Assembly: GCA_012295275.1 (NCBI GenBank)
Contig: CM022675.1
Location: 8,742,001 to 8,806,000 of the forward strand
DNA length: 64,000 bases
Direction: 5' to 3'
DNA from: Chrysomallon squamiferum
Taxonomy: Eukaryota > Animalia > Mollusca
Program-made: the position numbers and the translations under genes
Notes under the pieces: model-generated
What the model saw: only the letters and a program-made list of their open reading frames with translations
The model's database searches: none
Told to the model about the DNA's origin: nothing
Shown here: positions 30,985-45,785 of the stretch, piece after piece
Layout of the letters: each line of letters begins with the position of its first letter
Numbering within the stretch: position 1 is the first letter of the stretch

Positions 30985-32014
30985 CTTTGAAAAAGCGATA
31001 AGGTGTCTTTAACAAATGATGACACTTTGATGTTGATGATGATAATAGTAATATAAATACTAACAATAGTGATGATGATGGTGATGATGATAATGATGAT
31101 TATTATAGGTAATTAATTGAACTACTAATAATAATGACGACGGCGATTATGACTATGGCGATAACGACATCTTGATGTTGATGATTATAATGGTAATATG
31201 ACTATTAACGACATCTTGATGTTGATGATGATAACTGTAATAACGATAGGATGATGATGGTAATAATCATTATGACGATTATGATTATTTTAGATAATTA
31301 ATTAATTTACTATTATAATGAAGATGGTGATGATGATGTTGGTAATATTACTATTAATAATAGTGATGATAATAGTGTTAACATTATATTGCCAAGATGA
31401 AATGGTTGTGATGGTGGTGGTGATAATAACGTCGTTGATGATGATGATGATCATATTTTACTAAGAACAGTTATTATGACAATAATGATGAAGTTACTTT
31501 ATACTACAACTAATAATAATGATAGTGTTATACTACTAATGATGATGCTGAAGATGATATTTTATTGATGATAGTTATGACGATGACGATAATGATGAAG
31601 ATGAGAAAATGATAATGTTAATTATTTTATTTGTCTACCCTTTTTTAAACACGATACCCGTAATCCTGATCGTTACCCTATTTTTTTTTTTTTTTTAAAA
31701 CGAACGCCCACCGAACTGAACAACATACGACGTGTGAATTTTTAAAACTTAAATCGTCAGTGTTTTTTTTTTTTTTCTCTTTCTCCGCCTTGAATGTTGT
31801 CCAGCGAGTTAAAATTAAGGTTATAAAGGTTTATTGGGATTTAGCGCACAGGTGAAAATCCAGGTAATATGGAGGTGCGGAATCCTGGGAAGGTATGGGA
31901 AGTGACGTCACGTTGTTTGTGTTTAAGTTCCAAGCGCCCATGAGATGTAAAATTAAAAAAAAAAAAACATGAGAGAGAGAGGGAGCGAGGGAGGGAGGTA
32001 GGGATGGAGGGAGG

Positions 32015-32075
<61 letters not shown>

Positions 32076-32319
32076 GGATAGACAGATAAATTGACACAAA
32101 AAGTACCGAGTATGTTATTTTGAGCTAGTTTCCCCTCATAATAATAATAATAATAATAATAAAAACAACAACAACAACTGCTAGTACAGCTACAACTACC
32201 ACAAAACTTCACAACATTAATTGCTTTTAGTAAAATAATGACAACAACGACTACTAAAAAAATAATAATAATAATAATTGCAATCATCATCTTCGTCATC
32301 ATCATTTTTATTATTATTT

Positions 32320-32433
32320 AAAGAATCCACAAGCACGTGCTGCTAGAGCGAGCAATAACATAACACGTGACTTTAACCGCGTTTTTCTAATCCCGCATAA
32401 ACGGATTAAGTGGCAGTTGATTTGTGGATTTTT
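32320..32433 (-). repeat. Short dispersed repeat, copy 2, inverted relative to 23698-23811
   Basis: Its reverse complement aligns ungapped to copy 1 with about 12 mismatches by eye and a 42-nt perfect block. Confidence 0.93.
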
Positions 32434-32660
32434 TCTCAACAAAAGAAAAATAATTTTAAAATGTTAAAACGATAAAATAATTTTCTTGAGAACCTCTTTC
32501 TTGGGAAACACAGAGAAAAGACAAATAATAAAAGAAAAATAACGACAACAACGACAACAATAATAATAATAATAAAATAACGATAACGACAACAACAATA
32601 ATAGTAATAATAATAATAATAATAGTAATATCAATAAAATAAAAAATAATAATAATAATG

Positions 32661-32693
<33 letters not shown>

Positions 32694-33236
32694 CGTAATA
32701 ATAATAGTAATAAAATGAAAATCATAAATAGTAATAATAAAAACAATAATTATAAAAATAATAATAGCAATAAAAAAAAATAATAATAATAAAACAATAA
32801 CTAAACCAATATATATCATACATTACTTTTTTTTTTAACCCTTACATTTGTCACAATTTATCATTGCATTGTTATCAGCAAAAAACAAAAACAACAATGC
32901 AACGAAAAACGAAACGAACGTAAAATAGCGAAAATAAATACGCGATGTATTAAACTTTCATATTTCACACTTTGTGGGAATTTGACTTATTTCACAAAAT
33001 TTGGCCAACGTCAAACACGAACTTTGTGAAATATGTTTGTCGTGGATTTGACGATTCCCGCCTACTTGCTAAAGTGTCTAAATATTGAACAAATATTTTT
33101 CAGCACCTTCGTGTGATCTAGCCTGCACGAGATATGACAGCAACAAAATAAAATAAACACGAAAGTGCCAATAACTTGTATTTTTTAATTATTTTATTAT
33201 TTTTTTTTTTTTTTTTTTTTTTTTTTATTCTTCTTA

Positions 33237-33288
<52 letters not shown>

Positions 33289-33699
33289 TGTATTTGGATA
33301 TTTTTATTTTGTTTTTTTATTTATATGTTTTTATTTTATGTATGTATTTTTATTTATATATATATATATATATGTTTGTGTGTGTGTATATATATAAATA
33401 TATCCATGGGTGAGTGTATATTTATGTATGTAGATACGTAAGTATGAATGCAAGTCTGTACGTAGGTATGTATATTTGTATAAATTTATATATGTACGCT
33501 TGTAATAATTAAACACATGCATGCATTTTGTTTTTTATAATAATACTAGGAGTATTTTTAAACTTTGATATATCTGTAATATTAATTTTTATCAATAATT
33601 ATAGCAACTGTGGATAAAGCCAAATGTTTTATTTTATTTATTCTTTCGTTCGTTCGCTTATTTATTTACTTATTTATTTATTTATTTACTTTTTTTTAG

Positions 33700-33759
33700 C
33701 TCGCTGCACTTCGGGAGCAGAAGAGGGTGAGCAGTTTGTCCCAGATTTCACAGCAAACC
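33700..33759 (+). CDS. Pea3: PEA3-like coding exon C, 60 nt: (A)RCTSGAEEGEQFVPDFTAN
   Basis: ttttttag|CT CGC...AAC C|gtgagt; phase 1-1. EQFVPDF matches the PEA3 DEQFVPD(Y/F) motif that follows the acidic helix. Confidence 0.95.
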
Positions 33760-33903
33760 GTGAGTAACATAATTATAATTATAATTATTATTATTATTAT
33801 TATTATTACTAGTATTACTATAGTTGTTATTGTTATTACTACTGCTGCTGCTACTACTATTATTATTGTTATTATTATTATAATTATTATTTTTATTATT
33901 ATT

Positions 33904-33934
<31 letters not shown>

Positions 33935-34040
33935 TACTACTAGTACAATTCCACTGGTGTTATTACTGCCATTACTACTATTATTATTATTATTATTATA
34001 AGTTGTTTTTGCCTTTGTTGGTTTTGTTTGGGGTTTTGTT

Positions 34041-34078
<38 letters not shown>

Positions 34079-34904
34079 AGCAGTATTTAAATTAACAAAA
34101 TCTTAATTCTTAAGTTTACTTTGTCGACTGGTTAAATCGGGTTTCTTCTCCAAACAGTCATTACATTACTGACGTCAGAATAAATCTAATAACGAAACCA
34201 ATTCATGATACGTCATTTATAACAACATAATGAATCGTTTTTGCCCCATTTTCTCTTCTTTTTTTCCATTCTATTCGTCTTCTTTGTCTTTTTTCTTCTT
34301 TTTTCTTCTTCTTCTTCTTCTTCTTCTTCTTTTTTTTTTTCTGAATTAAAAAAGCCCACAGCTTGACTCTAAGCCCAACAATCCCGCGGATCTTGCTCTT
34401 TACCCATTTCACACCACGTGTCGCCGGAGTTTGTCGACTTTGGCCGAATTTCACACGGAAAGTAATCTCCGTGCCAAACACGTAACTAGCCGATTACGAA
34501 TTGAACCTGACGAATAATCTTCGGTTGTTAAGAACACAAACTGTTTTTATATTCTCCCTCTTTTCTCTCTCTCTCTCTCTGTCTGCCTCTTTGTTCTTCT
34601 TTCTATCTTTCTTTCTCTCGCTTCCTTTCTTTCTTTCATTTACAGTTGCTTTTTTTATTTTTTTATTTCTTCCTTTCTTTGTCGCTCTTTCTTTCAGTCT
34701 GCCTAGCTGTCTTTTTATCTCTCTATCGCTCTCTCAATCTGTCTATCTTTATCTGTGTTTGTCTGTGTATCAATCTTTCTTTCTTTACTTCTTCCGTCTG
34801 TCTCTCTGTTTTATGTATCATCCTGTCTGCCTTCTGTCTTTTTTTTTTTTCTCTCATTCTATTCTGTTGTCTGTTTCTGTCTTTTTTTTTTTCATTCTAT
34901 TCTG

Positions 34905-34986
<82 letters not shown>

Positions 34987-35492
34987 ACTCTGTACGTAAA
35001 TATTTTTGATCTTTTTTTTTGTTAATTCAATTCTCTTTGTTTTTCATTTGAATACTCATTGTCATCTACACTTTTATAAAATACTGATTCGTTTTATTAC
35101 GAAACGAAAAGGAAAAGAAAAACAAACACTGAAATGTAAAAAGATAAAAGGAAAAGAAAAAGGACGAAAAAAAAGAAAGAAAACGATTCCAGTAAAGAGA
35201 CAAACATATTGAAAAAAATAATTAAAAAAAAAATAAAATAAAAATAAAAAATTGAAAAAGAAAATTGATAGAATGATACAAATGAAAACTTTAAAAGAAT
35301 ATGAAACAAAACAATTTATTTGTCTTATGCTTCGAATTAATAATAATAATGATAACAATAACAGCAGCAATAATAATAATAATAATAATAATAATATAGA
35401 TAAATAAGAATGTATCGAGTTACTCATATTAAAACATGCATAAACATAAATGCATAAATATTATCTGTTTAAATATATTTATATATGCCCAC

Positions 35493-35527
<35 letters not shown>

Positions 35528-36283
35528 TTTAAACAAAATTAGATAAATAAAGCAAGTAAACAAAAATAAACGCGTCTTGTTTACAAAGAAATGAATACTG
35601 CGGGAAACCCAACCCCTTAAGCTTCAAAATAGACACCGCGGGGCGAGATCGTAACCACTCGACAATTTCCGGAATGACGTATTTAAATAAATGCATCTAG
35701 AACATAGGTGAACGAAATTTAAACTATCTGTGATCGATATGCCAGAATTTCTTTGTGTCTTTCTCTGCCTGCACAGCAGTTTCTTTATCTTTCGTTTCAA
35801 ATCTTTTCAGAGAAGGTTTTTGTAACAATTCTGCTTATTTAGAGGCTAGGGTACAAACAGTTCCACAGTAAATACGAGAAGAAAAAGAACTTATTTTGAA
35901 TAAATGTTTAAAAACAACAAGCTTTTTTTTCTTGTCACACATTCAGTAAGGTTTTTTCGTTACGTTTAACAGTATCTGAGATAAACTTACGTAGAATTTA
36001 CTGTTAGCATATATCTAGTGCTTAGGTACCAAATATTTGTAACAGTAAAACGTACAATGACATGGTGTATTCTGTGTTGTTATTTTATATTATATTAAGT
36101 TGTGTTATATTATATTACATTATATCATATTATATCGTATCATATCAAATCATATATTATATTATAGTATACTATATTACATTAGGTTATTTTACGTTAT
36201 GTTATCTTATGTTATTTTAAATTACTTTACATTATAAATGTATGTGTGTGTGTTAAAACAAATTTAAAGCATTTTAATATGTC

Positions 36284-36319
<36 letters not shown>

Positions 36320-36998
36320 CCAAATTTAGAACGTTCTATTCTTCTTTTTCTTTAAATAAATATGTTAAATGTTCCTAGGCCACTGATTTTGATCGTTCAA
36401 ACAGAATTACAATTTAACACAAAACAAAGCTGTGACTTACAAACATACGCCATTATTTTCACTTATATTATTTCCTCCCACTATGGCTAGTATAAATCAA
36501 CCACTATTAAAACAAATACTTTCAGAGACTACAACATCTATATTAATGTTATTATTATTATTATTAATACAACATCTATACTAATGTTTTAATATCATTA
36601 TTAACAGTACCATACTAGGCAGTCTTTAACAAGAAACTAACAGAATTACAAGAAGTAAAAGAACCCTTTTTAAAAAAGTGGACAGAAAGCTTCTGTACAA
36701 CTTGGAAATGATCGTTGTCATAGACTCTCTGAATATCGACCAACTGTAAAAGCGATCCCGTTCAGCCAAGCTGTTTGTCACATTCTTCACAAGGTGTATC
36801 TGTTTGCGCAGGGGACGTTTTAGACGATTTAATAAATAGCTGGGCCCTGTCTGTGTGTGTTGGACGGCAAACACTGGCGACCTTCAAACAAGCGATTTTG
36901 TTGTATTTACGTCTGCTGACACACCAGAATAGACAAAACCATTGTACACCGATGATACGTGTTTTTATTTTTCTTTCCATCATCTTTTTACCTTCTTT

Positions 36999-37066
36999 CT
37001 ATCCATTTTTATCTTCTTTTTATCCATGTTTATCTTCTTTTTATCCATTTTTATCTTCTTTCTATT
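36999..37066. repeat. 21-bp tandem repeat (TTTATCCATTTTTATCTTCTT-like, ~3 copies)
   Basis: TATCCAT(T/G)TTTATCTTCTTT(T/C) repeated head to tail. Confidence 0.75.
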
Positions 37067-37222
37067 ACTTTTACTTCAGTCTATTACTTTTTCTTCTTCA
37101 TATCTCTGAAACTTTATTTTCCTTCTGACTCTTTTTCATTTTTTTTTCTTTCAGTTTCTTTATCACTTTTCCATTTTTCTATTAGTTTATTTGTCTTCTT
37201 TCTAATGTGAAGTGCTAATGTG

Positions 37223-37308
<86 letters not shown>

Positions 37309-37586
37309 ATTTATTAAAAACATTTAAGATACAAAAAAAAAAAAAAAATACAGAACTGTTACATACAGGTGTGTTTCTGCCTCTCCCTCTCTATCTAATC
37401 AGCCTATCCCTTTTGTTTATTTTTCGACACACCAAATCACAGTCACCCCACCTCGATAACGTGTATCTTTATGTTTCTGCGACTTTCGTTCTAAGTCCCT
37501 GATTTATATCTTCCTTTGATACACCAAAACAGACAACAGTTATAAACTGATAACGTAAATTTTTCTTTCTGACGAATCTCTCTAAC

Positions 37587-37966
37587 CTGGGGCGGATCCA
37601 GCTTTTCCGATGAGGGGAGGGGAGTTCATGACAACTAGGGAACCGTAACGTTATGAAAAAGCACAATTGAAAAATTACACACGGTTCACATAGACCTTAA
37701 TATAATATTTCTACAACGGTTCACATGGACCTTAATATAATATTTCTACAACGGTTCACATAGACCTTAATATAATATTTCTACAACAGGGACGCCGGCA
37801 TATGTATTCTACTGTGTTTTATACATCGACAGAAATTTAAAAAAAAAATTAAATAAAAATTAAATAATTTGTACAAAACCTAAACTCCTAAATAAAAGGG
37901 GCACTTGTCAAAACTGAGGAAGGAGTCCGGACGCTTTGGACCCTCCCCCCACTAGATCCGCCTCAG
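37587..37966. mobile_element. MITE-like non-autonomous DNA transposon (380 bp)
   Basis: 15-bp imperfect TIRs CTGGGGCGGATCCAG (37587-37601) and CTAGATCCGCCTCAG (37952-37966), 13/15 matched. Direct repeat CTAAC on both flanks (37582-37586, 37967-37971). G-run and C-run subterminal tracts; no coding capacity. Confidence 0.75.
37681..37785. repeat. 35-bp x3 tandem repeat inside the MITE-like element
   Basis: ACGGTTCACAT(A/G)GACCTTAATATAATATTTCTACA at 37681, 37716 and 37751; one substitution in total. Confidence 0.95.
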
Positions 37967-38031
37967 CTAACGCACTGAATATTAGAAACAGACATAATAG
38001 AGAAAGGTGTGTTTTATTTAAGCATCCAAAT

Positions 38032-38112
<81 letters not shown>

Positions 38113-38113
<1 letters not shown>

Positions 38114-38177
38114 AATAAGCAACTATTCCAGGCTTTTTAGTATGAATGTGTAATCCGTATTTATCTCTTTCTTTCTC
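38113..38177 (+). repeat. ~65-bp dispersed direct repeat (partner at 43786-43849)
   Basis: AAATAAGCAA...AATGTGTAATCCGTATTTATCTCTTTCTTTCTC is shared with 43786-43849. Confidence 0.8.
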
Positions 38178-38404
38178 AGACTTTACGAATAATATCTGTC
38201 TGTCTTTGTTTTTGTCTACAAATTTTCTCTTTTTTTTTCTTTTTTCTTACAGCGAAATAATTATTTTATACGGTGTTTCTTTGTATAAAGCATTATCTAT
38301 TTCGTAAATGAAAATAATTGTAAAAGAATAGAGTATAATTTATTTTATTTAATAATTTAGGGGTGTTATTATTATCGTTACCATTAGCAATTTAAAGAAA
38401 CATA

Positions 38405-38464
<60 letters not shown>

Positions 38465-39503
38465 TATTATCATTATTATTATTATATAAATATTGTATAT
38501 AAATTCAGTGTGTAAACTATCAACATTAATTAATTAATTAATTAATTAATAATACTACTAATAAAACTAATAATTAATTAATTTTAAAAGAATGTAAAAG
38601 TGTTAAAACAATTTAAAGTTACGTCTACCGCAAATATCTCCTTCCACTACAATAATTATCTTTGCTAAATTCAGACTGTCGTAATCCATCAGATTACATA
38701 AGATAAAACCGAAATAAAAATGTCTCTAGCTTGGTAAGAATGTCTGCAAAATTAAAACCTCTTCAACAGCAGACGTGTTCAAATTAATTGCGTCAAATGG
38801 AAACAAATTTGACATTATGGTACCAATTACAAATGGCGAATGCAGCGACGCAGATCACGTGATAATATCGCGTGTACTATTATCTAAACGCCTACTTTTT
38901 TGTGTCTGAGATAATATTATATAGTGTTTATGACAACAACAAAAAAAGAAAAAAGAAGAAGAAGAAGAAGTAGAAAAAGACGAAGAAAACGAAACAATGA
39001 ATTATTTTTGTCAGTAACTAATTATTTCATATATAAATGACATGTAAATTTTAATCTATTCACTGCCAGTATAGCCTTCTTTCTTTCTTCTTTTCTTCTT
39101 TTTTCTTTCTCTCATTTTCTTTTTTATGCCGATGGATTGCACGTTTCCAGAACAAATATAAACATTTTTCAATTTTATAACTATATGTAATATATATATA
39201 TCTTTTATTATTATTCATATTATTCTTATAAATAAAGTAAAGAAAAAGTAATACAGAAAAAGAATGTAAGATCAAAAGACAGAAAAAAGGAATAAAGCAA
39301 ACAGAAGGAAGACTATAATAAAAACGAAAAATAAAATAAAATAAAATAAAATAAATAACATAAATAAGCGAACAACTGCAAAATTAAATAATTCTAAAAT
39401 AAATATTCATTACTATTGTTACTCTTTTTTTCTTGAAAAATGTTAATTAAATAACAACAATAGCAATAACAACTTATCTTTAACATATATTAGAGAAAAA
39501 AAA

Positions 39504-39554
<51 letters not shown>

Positions 39555-40653
39555 AGAAAGAAAGAAAAAACAACAAATTTCCAAACATACATTTCCTGCA
39601 GTCATTAAAAAAAAAAACGGATTTCTTGAATGCAAAAAAAAAAAAAAAAAAAAAAAAAAATGTAAATTTGTACATAATACATTCCCAACAAATAATCATT
39701 ATTAAAAAAAAAAAAAAAAAAAAAACGTATTTCTTTAACACACACACAAAAAAAAAAAAAAAAAAACTAAAAAGAAGTAAATTTCCATACGACAATATTT
39801 TCACGTCAAGTTAGTTAGCGCAGTCATTAATCGAACAGCCTCGTTTTTAGCGAATTTTGCTCGTGCAGCAGTGTCAAAAGGTGAGCGTTTCTTTGGAAAC
39901 GACGAGCCTCTGTTCGGCGGAGAATGAGTGAGCGGGCTGATTTACCTTGAAACATCCCATTTATTACATTCGCGTCTCAGGTGCTCAAAGTGTCGCTGAT
40001 TCTCAGGCGATGACTTGGCTATTCGTCCGGGAACGGAGCTCAGCTGGCTGTAATGACATCGCGAGGTCTCCGAGCGTCTCTCTCTGGCTGGTCAAGAACA
40101 GGTGTGCGCCGCATTGTTAGGAGGGATAATTAAAAACAGAATTCATGCAAATGTTGTCAATAGGTCAGCTCCTCCCTGGAGATTGGCAGCACCCGAGACA
40201 CCCAATTATTTCGCGCGATGGTCATACGGGTCTTTTCGCGTGACGTATGGAAATCAGACGCACGTGAACTGCGTATCAATTACACGCGTTGAGGAATCTT
40301 GGTTCTGTCGCAATCAGTGTTTTCCCCAGGCGCGAGAGGTCGCGGGTTCGAACTGGGCAGGTGGATGGTGGGGGTTAATTTTTTTTTTTATATGAAATAA
40401 GGATCATTAATTATTTTAATTTTTTTTTTTTTTTAATTTATTTTAGTTCGTTTTTAGATGTGTTTTTATTTTTATTTAATTTAATATACTTTTCTTTTTG
40501 TAATTGATTTTACATCCGTTAATTTCTTTCTTTGTAAATCTGAACTTCATTTATTTGATTATTTGATATTTTAATTATTTTATTCAGCTGTACGTCAGTT
40601 TAATTTATTTTATTTTATTTTATTTTATTTATTTATTTATTATCATTCATTCA

Positions 40654-40695
<42 letters not shown>

Positions 40696-41159
40696 TTTAT
40701 TATTTATTTATTTATTTATTTTTTTTATTTTATTTTATTTTATTTTTATTTTTATTTTTATTTTTATTTATTTATTTATTTATTTATTTTTTTTTTGCTA
40801 ATTAACTATCTCTTTATCAGTACACCTGTATACTATATAAATTATAAAACCGGTTTCTACTTTATCAACGTCTTAGTCAGTTATCATAACATCTTGTTCA
40901 TAGGTAAAAATATGTTAGTATTTAGACCAACACCAAATCCGCACCCCTAACCCCATATCTATTCTTTATTTGTTTTTGTTTTTTTTAGTTTGTTTGTTGT
41001 TGTTGTTGTTTTTGCTTTATTTTATTAATTATTTAAATATTTCTTGTGTGTTTCTTTCTATTGTTGGTACATCTCCAGAACAGAAATTTGTAAATTAATG
41101 ATAATGTCTTAAAACAATTTTTAAAATTTTATTTTCATACTCCTATATTTGTTTTATTT

Positions 41160-41226
<67 letters not shown>

Positions 41227-41688
41227 TTGTTTTTTTTCTTATTTATTTAGTTGTTTTGGGGGGGGGGTTTTGTGATTATTATTTTGTTTTTATTGAAACG
41301 AAGCTCTGCTTTAATTGCTAAAAATTCTTTTCTTGTAATTTATTCTACATAAAACATATTACACACCTACACACAGGCTATTTCTCTGTCTGTCTGTCTG
41401 TCTGTCTGTCTGTCAGCGTGTTTGAATATTACGCCTACAGATGTCTTAACGAGAAGGAAGGAATAAAATTATTTTAAATTGCTGTCGTAATCCGCTTGGA
41501 TTGCGTCATTGGAAGAAAGAGTTTGTTTTATTTCAATTTGTAATATTTATTATTATTATTATTATTGTTATTATTATTATTATTATTATTACTACTACTA
41601 CTACTATTATTATTATTATTATTATTATTATTACTACTACTACTACTACTACTACTACTGTTATTATTATTATTATTATTATTACTAC

Positions 41689-41745
<57 letters not shown>

Positions 41746-41823
41746 TATTATTTGTTTTGTTTTGCTTTGCTTTATTTTTATTTAATTTTTTATTTATTTC
41801 CTATACGTGTAAGCGTGCGCGTG

Positions 41824-41857
<34 letters not shown>

Positions 41858-43048
41858 TACATCTAAAAACAATAATATTATTGCCTTATCAACATCGTCA
41901 TCATCATTATGTTTTATTACTACTACTACTACAGCTGAAGCATCTATTATTATTAACAGACTTATTGTTGTTGTTGTCGTTGTTGTTGTTATTTTCAAGT
42001 CAACATCATCGCCATCATTATTATTTTCAAATCATCATCATCATCATCATCTTCATTATCATTTCATTATTACAGTTATAATTATTATTGTTGCTGTTGC
42101 CGTTTTCTTTATGTTTAAAATCTAAAAAATTACATTGTCAGTTTCTTCTAATGCACCATTACCATTAAAACAAACAAAAAAATTTAATGTCAATTTCACA
42201 ACAATATTTTTGCTTATTTTGACAGCGGGTTTAATAAGCATTAAGTGAGTCTTACAGGAGTTTTAGAACCGTAGACAAATATAGAAATACACAAAAAAAA
42301 AAAAAAAAATAATAATAATAATAAATAAAAAAAAGTATTGCTATGTCAAAAACACAAAAATAAATTTAATTTTAAAAATAAAAATAAAACATCTGAAAAA
42401 AAAAATAAAAAAAAAAAAAAAAAAAAATTCGCCAAAAACATATGTACCGGATTAGTTCGGCTTTAGTACTATAAAATAGATTTTATGAATAAATAAATAA
42501 ATAAATAAATAATAATAATAGTAGTAGTAATAATAAATATATTACAACTACCGATGATGATGATGATGATAACAAATATATTAATAACTTCTACATCAGC
42601 AATAATAACACTAACAAAAAATAATAATAAATAAATAAATAATTATTAAATAAATAAAAATGAAAATAAATAAATATAAATAAATAAATATATGAATATA
42701 AAACCATATAAATATATATATATATAAATAATAATAATAATAATAAAAAACAAACAAACAAATAAAAAAGCAAAAGCAAAAAATAAAAAACATTCAAAAA
42801 AAAAAAAATATATACAAAGTACGAAACTAACATAGAAATTTTTATTCGGTGGTATTATTAATTCGTAACAACTTCTGTGACATTTTCCAAAACTTCAAAA
42901 AAAAAAAAAAACGAGAAAGAAAGAAAAGTACAAAAAGAAAAAGAAACGAAAAAAAAAAAAAAAAAAAAAAAAAAAACCAGCAAACATCTAAATTACGAAA
43001 CAGTTACTACAGAGTACCAGGTGCAGCAGCCGATAACAAATTAACACT

Positions 43049-43470
43049 GGCGGCCATCTTTAATCTCGTAAACTCTCGGTGATCATGGATTTTGAAGACT
43101 CCGTCTCTGAAGAGTTCTTCCAAACCAATTAGTCAGCCAATCGCTTCTCGGCAAGCCCTGGCAGCGCCCGCGAAGTGCCGCAAAGTCTCTATATAGCCTG
43201 GCTGTAACAAGTCTCTTGAGGACTGAATTCTGGGAGATCGCATTCAGATTCGTTTATTAAAATATCGTATAAAACATGCGAGTAAAAGATGGTGGTCATT
43301 ATAAAGCGATGATACTCTCCAACAGATGCTAACTTTCGGAGGCGTGTTATTGTTACTCCAAATTGGCACATTGCCCCGGCCCACAGGGGGGGGACGAGTT
43401 CTGTGACGTCATACAACGGGATGAGTGACAGCTAGTTTGAGTGATGGTTTTAGTTTTTTTTACTGGTAAC
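43049..43470 (+). promoter_or_regulatory. Intronic promoter/enhancer-like island
   Basis: YY1 consensus GGCGGCCATCTT (43049-43060), CCAAT at 43125 and 43137, GC-rich stretch, TATATAG at 43190-43196 and TGACGTCA at 43404. Confidence 0.4.
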
Positions 43471-44104
43471 GCTGTAACTGTTAGGAACGAACGTTTTGTA
43501 CGTTTATTTGTCTTTTCTTTTCAATTTTTCCTTTATTTTGCGATGTATATCAACTGTGTTAGGACGTAGATGATATACATTTGTATGTATGTGTGTATGT
43601 ATGTACTTAAGTTCGTGTGTTTGTAAGCATGTCTGTTCGTGTATGTATGTATGTATGTGTGTGTGTATATATGTATGTATTTACCGATGTATATGGAAGT
43701 ATAATTTTCACACACACACTCAAACACACACACACACACATACACAGAGTGAGAGAAACCAATATCAAAAAAAAAAAAGAAGAAGAAATAAGCAAGTACA
43801 GCATGCTTTTCGTTTAAATGTGTAATCCGTATTTATCTCTTTCTTTCTCCGATTTGTATATATATATATATTATTTGTTTGAATGTAAATAGGAGGTGAT
43901 AATCAAAAAGACAGAGAGAAGCAGACAGACAGAGAGATTGACAGAATATGAGAATGGTCGTATCTAATGGTTTCTTCGTTATCTGTTGTCAGGTCTTTGT
44001 ATGAATGTACATTCTGCCAAGACTGAAATGAGCTTGACAAATTTTATTCTAACGAAAACACATTATTATTTGATTCTGTTTAGCAAGTATGTTTTAAACT
44101 TCTT

Positions 44105-44530
44105 ACATAATTTATCTACTTAAATTATGACGTAATTTTTCCACTTAAACTGTATTGTAATCTTTTTTTTTATTAAATCGTAAAACTAATACGTAATATT
44201 ATCTACTTAAATTACTAAGTAATATTTCCGTTTAAGTTATGTTGAAATATTTTTATATCATATCCTTAAACGAATAATTATTACATTATAAACGTACATA
44301 AATTATGACGTAATATCTTTACTTAAATTATATTGTAATAAAAATTGTTTTAGTAAATCTTACATTAATACGCAATATATCTATTTTATTTATTACGTAA
44401 TATGTATGCATAAGTATGACGCAGTACTTTCTTTCAGTTATCTTGTAATACACCTACTTGTGATATAGCGTTGTATATTTACTTGTTTTCTTGCAGAATA
44501 CATCTACATAAATAATGACGTAATATGCAC
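44105..44530. repeat. Degenerate ~22-bp-unit repeat rich in T(G/T)ACGTAA
   Basis: TAC(T/A)TAAAT(T/A)ATGACGTAAT recurs at ~44117, ~44295 and ~44505, with decayed units between. Confidence 0.65.
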
Positions 44531-45717
44531 TACTTTGCTAAATACAAAACAAAATATTCTTATGACATGTCACATCGTCTGTGTTTCTGTTCGTCCGTAA
44601 ATGTAAATTATCGTTCAGAGTTATCGTTATCCAACGGGAGAGATTGTGTTCGTTATCAATTACCAGATTCTTCGCTTCACTTAGTTCTTGTCATCTGTCA
44701 TATGCTCCGACAAATGTCACCAACGCGAACATCTGTGTAAGCGTAAGTTTCCGTCTTTTGCGCAAGATCATCGTAAAGACATAATGTCGTCTGCTTCACC
44801 GATAATTCAGCGATGCTGGGGAAAAGATGCGGGAATATTTAACGCTTCATCTCTCGCGACAGATTGTACTTTTTAGCGACTTCTTCCGAACAATGACGAT
44901 GTTTTCAAACATTCGGGTTCATCGCCGTATCGAGATATGTAAATATTTGCCCGAGGTTTGACGATATCTGCCGAGGATGACCGAGGATGCCCGAGGGTTA
45001 TCAGCACAGCCGGAGATGTAATGAAAACAATAAAATAAAAGCTTTGTTCATGGATCTCAACCTCAAGTGGAATTCTAATTCAAGACTTTGGCAGGATTAA
45101 GAGATCAGTGGAATAAAACCCAATGAAAAATTAAGCTTTAAGAGTCATTGTTCTTTATGAAACTAGAGTCAGATGTTTTTTCTCAACAGTAATCTTATTA
45201 AGAATTTTTCTTTTATTTCGTCTGTTTGTGTGTTTATATTTATAGGTTATGTATATATGTACATGTACAAAATAAAAATAACGTATATAAATATGATTAT
45301 ATGCGCATGCAGCAGCATATATTTATAAGAACATCCATCCATACATATAATATTTACATATACGCACACAACACACACACACACACGCACACGCACACAC
45401 ACACATACACATGCACACACTAATGTACACACGCACGTACGTACATACATAATCCATTATTATCAATTTTCATAGTTATAAAATATTTTTAGTTCACAGC
45501 TAAGAATATTTTTTATCACTTAAGAATATCTTTCATACACACATACATACATACATACATACACACACACATACATACATACATACATACATACACACAT
45601 ACATACATACATACATACATACATACATACATACACACATACATACATACACACATACATACATATATACATACATACATTCATATATATATGTTCATTC
45701 ATAAATATGTATACAAA

Positions 45718-45785
<68 letters not shown>

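Noticed and set aside
37681-37785. 35-bp repeats of CRISPR-like length
   Set aside because: Head-to-tail with no spacers, inside a MITE-like element.
40102-40395. 97-aa ORF and a GGTTCGAAC (B-box-like) motif near 40346
   Set aside because: No tRNA cloverleaf, clear A box or SINE tail; the ORF has no recognisable similarity. Treated as part of a non-coding island.
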